A stretch of 64,000 bases of DNA from assembly GCF_009914755.1 (NCBI RefSeq), contig NC_060944.1, one strand, 5' to 3'. The stretch is from the human T2T-CHM13v2.0 reference genome, Homo sapiens. The translations under genes were made by a program, and so were the position numbers. Shown here in pieces: positions 59,556 through 64,000 of this stretch (position 1 is the first letter of the stretch; each line of letters begins with the position of its first letter). Under the pieces are notes generated by a model that did not search any database, was not told where the DNA came from, and worked only from the letters and a program-made list of their open reading frames with translations.

Positions 59556-60908
59556 GAAAGCCACACATCTACAGCCATCTAATCCTTGACAAAGTCAATA
59601 AAAGTTAGCAATGGGGAAAGGACTCCCTATTTAATAAATGACGCTGGGATAGCTGGCTAGCCATATGCAGAACAATAAAACTGGACTCTTACCTTTCACC
59701 ACACACAAAAATTAACTCAAGGTGAACTAAAGATTTAAATGTAAGACCTCAAACTATAATAATTCTAGAAGAAAACCTAGGAAATTCTGGACCTGGGCCT
59801 TGGGAAAGACTTTATGACTAAGTCCTCAAACACAACTGCAACAAAAACAATTTCACAAGTGAGACCTAATTAAACTAAAGAACTTCTGCACAGGAAAAGA
59901 AACTATCAACAGAGTAAACAGACAACCTACAGAATAGGAGAAAAATGTTCACAAACTATGCATTCAACAAAGGTCTAATATCCAGAATCTATAAGGAACT
60001 TAAACAATTGAACAAGCAAAAAACAAATAACCCCATTTAAAAATGGACAAAAGACATAAACAGACACTTCTCCAAAGAAGACATGCAAGTGGCCAAAAAA
60101 CATTTTTAAATGCTCATCATCACTAATCATCAGCTAAATGCAAATCAAAACCACAGTGAGATACCATCTCACACCAGTCAGAATGGCTACTATTAAAAAA
60201 TCAAAAAAACAACAGATATTGGCAAGGCTGCACAGAAAAGGGAATGCTTATACACGGTTGGTGGGAATGTAAATGAGTTCAGCCACTGTGGAAAGTAGTT
60301 TGGATATTTCCCAAGAACTTAAAACAGAAATACCATTTGACCCAGCAGTCCCATTACCAGGTGTACATCCAAAGGAAAACAAATTGTTCTACCAAAAAGA
60401 CACATGCACTCCCACATTCATCACAGCACTATACATGAGAGCAAAAACATAGAATCAACCTAGGTGCCCATCATTGGTGGATTGGATAAAGTAAATGCAG
60501 TATATATATATACACCATGGAATACTATACAACCATGAAAATGAACAAAATCATGTCCTTTACAGCAACATGAGTGAAGCTGAAGGCCATTATCTTGAGG
60601 AAATTTTAACACAGGAAGAAAACCAAATACCACGTGTTCTTACTTATAAGTGGGAGCTAAACATCAGGTCCTCAACAATAGACAATGGGGACGACTGGAG
60701 GGGGCAGGGAGTGGGGATAAGCACTGAAAAGCTAACTGTTGGGTACTATGCTCAGTACCTGGGTGATGGGATTATTTGTTTATCAAACCTCAGCATCACA
60801 CAGTATATCCAGGTAACAAACATGCACATGTCCTCCCAAATCTAAAATAAAAGTTGAAAAAGGAAAAAAAAATAAAAATATTAAAAAGTTTAAAAGAATA
60901 GAAACAAA
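59556..60908 (+). mobile_element. 5'-truncated L1PB-type element inserted in a MIR
   Basis: Degraded ORF2 3' region and 3' UTR ending aatctaaaataaaagttgaaaaa; TSD aagagagatcaagtca (59540-59555) / aagagaagtcaagtca (60909-60924). Confidence 0.88.
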
Positions 60909-61597
60909 AAGAGAAGTCAAGTCAATGGCATATCAAAGATTATCCACAAACTACAAAATAATCAACACCCACACTAAATGTACAAACTTAGTGTTATCAG
61001 AACAAAGCTAATTTACCATTTGATTTTTCTTTAAGTTAGTCTCAAGATTACTCCAGCGTACCTTAACAATTTACTAGTTTCTGCTCTGTAGTTTAAACTG
61101 CCATAGTGATCCAGTTCTCTCTTCTATTATTATTATACTTCAGATTGAGTCAAGAGAAGGTTAGAACATTTGTACAGCAGAGAAATGTCCTTACCTTTCA
61201 CAATGGTGAGGGAAGAAATTTAAAACTTCCCTTAACATCTGCCATCCTTATTACATGAATAAAATGTCAGTGGAAACACAAATCATTATGAGATCTATAA
61301 ATACAAAAGCAGGTTCTACAATAGTGTCAAATGTATCAAATACGTCCAATGTCAAAATCTGAGCTGGCACATAGAGCTAATATGCTAAACAACCTACTGT
61401 TTCCCCGCTTCCTCAATTAATCTCAGGGAATCACTTCATCTGTAAATAAAGAATTTGTATATCTTATAAAGCCATGACGTTTTTAAGTTGAAAAAGATAT
61501 AGTCTAATCCAGACCCAGAGATGTCAATGGCTTTCCCATCATTGAATGAACTCCACAGACAGCAGCAGCAACTAGATTCTAAAAGGGGTGCTAATGT

Positions 61598-62245
61598 CTG
61601 CACACAGCAGCTCACACCTGTAATCCCAGCACATTGGCTGAGGTGGAAGAACCATGATATAGTTTGGCTATGTCCCCACCCAAATCTCACCTTGAATTGA
61701 AGCTCCCATAATTCCCATGTGTTGTGGGAGGAACCCGGTGGGAGATAATCGAATCATGGGGGCGGTTTCCCCCATACTGTTCTCCTAGTACTGAATAAGT
61801 CTCACAAGATCTGATGATTTTATAAAGGGGTGTCCCCTTTCGCTTGGCTCTCATGCTGTCTTGTCTGCTGCCATGTAAGACATGCCTTTCACCTTCCACC
61901 ATCATTGTGAGGCCTCCCCAGCCATGTAGAACTGTTGAGTCCATTAAAGCTCTTTTTCTTTATAAATTACTCAGTTTCAGGTATGTCTTTATCAGCAGCG
62001 TGAAAATGGACTAATACAGACCACTTGAGGTCAGGAGTTTGAGACCAGCCTGGGCAACATAGGAAGACCCCTGTCTCTAAAAAAAATAATAATTTTTAAA
62101 AAATTAGCCAGGTATGGTGGCATATGCCTGTAGTCCCAGCTACTCAGGAGGATGAAGTGGGAGGATCACTTGAAGCCAGGAGTTCAAGGCTGCAGTGAAC
62201 TATGATCACACCACTGCACTCCAGCCTGGATGACACAGCAAGACT
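61598..62245 (+). mobile_element. AluJ split by a THE1 LTR
   Basis: Left arm starts gctcacacctgtaatcccagcac and resumes after the LTR as cacttgaggtcaggagtttgagacc; AluJ right arm ggctgcagtgaactatgatc. Confidence 0.88.
61655..62018 (+). mobile_element. THE1 (B/C-like) solo LTR
   Basis: tgatatagtttggctatgtccccacccaaatctc...ggactaataca; TSD aacca / gacca. Confidence 0.92.
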
Positions 62246-64000
62246 CTGTCTCTAAGAAAAAATAAATTTTTTAAAAGGTGCCAGGAAGGAGGCTTACAGG
62301 GGAAAATAGCAGTCATGCTTGGCTCTCTGAACAGCATCTTAGTCCAGTTCCAGCAAGTCTTCACATGCTATTCCATGACTGGGAGATGGAACAGAAGGGA
62401 TTTAGCCAGGTTACTCCTCCTCCCTCTCATTCAGAAGATAAATTAGCTGTAGGACAGGACAGTGCTGGGTTGGGAGTGCTATAAGGTTTGACTATCACCT
62501 GAGGTCACATAATCAATGATCCTATAAAAATGACTTAAGTAAGAATCCAGGACATATTAGTACTCTACATAAAAGAGGCAGAAAACAGCTAAGTAAACCA
62601 AAAGGAGAGATGAATATGTGGCTATAACCTTATTCCTTATATAAGCATATGTGGTCTCGTTGGACATTCTGTGTTTCTATATATTAACAATCACAGTAAT
62701 TACCGTACAACAAAACATATAATCAATAAGAATTCAAGTCTCTATCCATTCTCATGGGTCTTGATAAAACATAGGATATTACTCACATACATCAAAACAC
62801 CTTTAAGAACTACTCTGTACCCAGTTCTTACACTCATTGTTCTCCAAACGGAAATTAGCTGTTCCCAGATTCTCACTACTTCTGAAATCTTTCCTGGAAA
62901 CCCAGCCTATATGGCTTTCTTCTGACCTTCTCCCCTCTACACTTGGCCCCATTTTTTGCTTATTTGTTTATTTTCTCATTTGTTTCATTAGGAAAAGCCC
63001 TTGAGCCTCTCTGACAGCTCCACTTTTGTTTTCCTTTGCCCATTACTCAGATTCTGCTCAATAAAGGCAAGTTGAGGGCTGATACCCTATGCAAAATTCA
63101 TTTTTAGAAGGCAAGGGAAAGAGAAAGACTGAAAAATATATAAATTAATCTTGTTCATCCCATTTAAATACAAACGTACATGGATTTGCAAGATTTATTT
63201 CTGTATGTAGACTGAAAAACTTGTTATTGTCTTTTGATCATAGCAGCTTGTGGTAAAAGCTCTCTGTTTATACCCAACATAATGCCAAGAGCCTGCACAG
63301 ACATCACAGCATCTAAGAACTCGATCATTGAGGAGGACGTAATGGCAATCAGGTAGGAAAGCTCAGATCAGCCTCTTAGAGTTCAGACAGGAATTTTTAA
63401 AATCTGTAGCATTATTAGTAGACACTCTGAAAGCCCTTCCTGAATTCAATCGTGCTGAGGAAGGGATAAAGCTGGATACTTCCAAGGCCCCAAGAGTGCT
63501 CTTGTTTTTTAAAAACAATTGTTAGGTTGTTTGGTGTTTGATTTAATTAATGGCAAAAGGCTTTGCTCTCATTTTTCATTATTAAACCCAATTTTTATTC
63601 CTTTAATTGAAATGTGCATAAAATGTCCTTTACTCCAGCTCTGTTAATGAGACTAAACAGACACATACGACTTCATCTAAGCACACCCAACCATCTACTC
63701 TTCTGTGCTAATTTCTATGGATGGAATTTTAGGGATTGCCTCTATTTGCTTCACATTTTGGTCCTGAGAACATGAGATGGGGAGGCCTGTTTGGAGGAAG
63801 TGGAGAAAGAAAAAGACAACAAATTATTATTATTCAGTGCGTTCATTTGATACCTTGATAAATCAAACAGGAAATCAATAGTCACCATAAGCCTCTCAAA
63901 TCTACTTTTCTTTTGTCAATTGGGGACGTTACTTCTGTTTCCCAATCCTAGTAACTACAAAGCCCAATATTTCATTATGCCCCATCTCCGCTATTACAAG

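Overview
Primate (human or great-ape type) genomic DNA, identified by AluY, L1PA2/3, THE1 and MADE1. I can support no protein-coding gene, RNA gene or CpG island. The window is a mosaic of transposable elements (Alu, MIR, L1, L2, MaLR/ERV LTRs, hAT and Tc-mariner DNA transposons) with a few repeat-free blocks. Every ORF I could recognise comes from L1, THE1, Alu or a tandem repeat. Family and subfamily names are from memory of consensus sequences, not a database search; old-element boundaries are approximate. Main observation: two independent young twin-primed L1 insertions (11038-12153 and 35814-38793), each with its own TSD, sit in opposite orientation about 26 kb apart. They are 100% identical over a 491-bp antiparallel tract that includes two shared non-consensus substitutions, but differ by about 3-5% in their other homologous parts. 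This is the footprint of inverted-repeat gene conversion and predicts a possibly recurrent ~26-kb inversion, which would also flip two CTCF-like motifs next to a 33-bp minisatellite. Smaller findings: a locally templated 78-bp insertion, a near-perfect palindrome, a DNA transposon carrying a MIR-like cargo, and several datable nested insertions.
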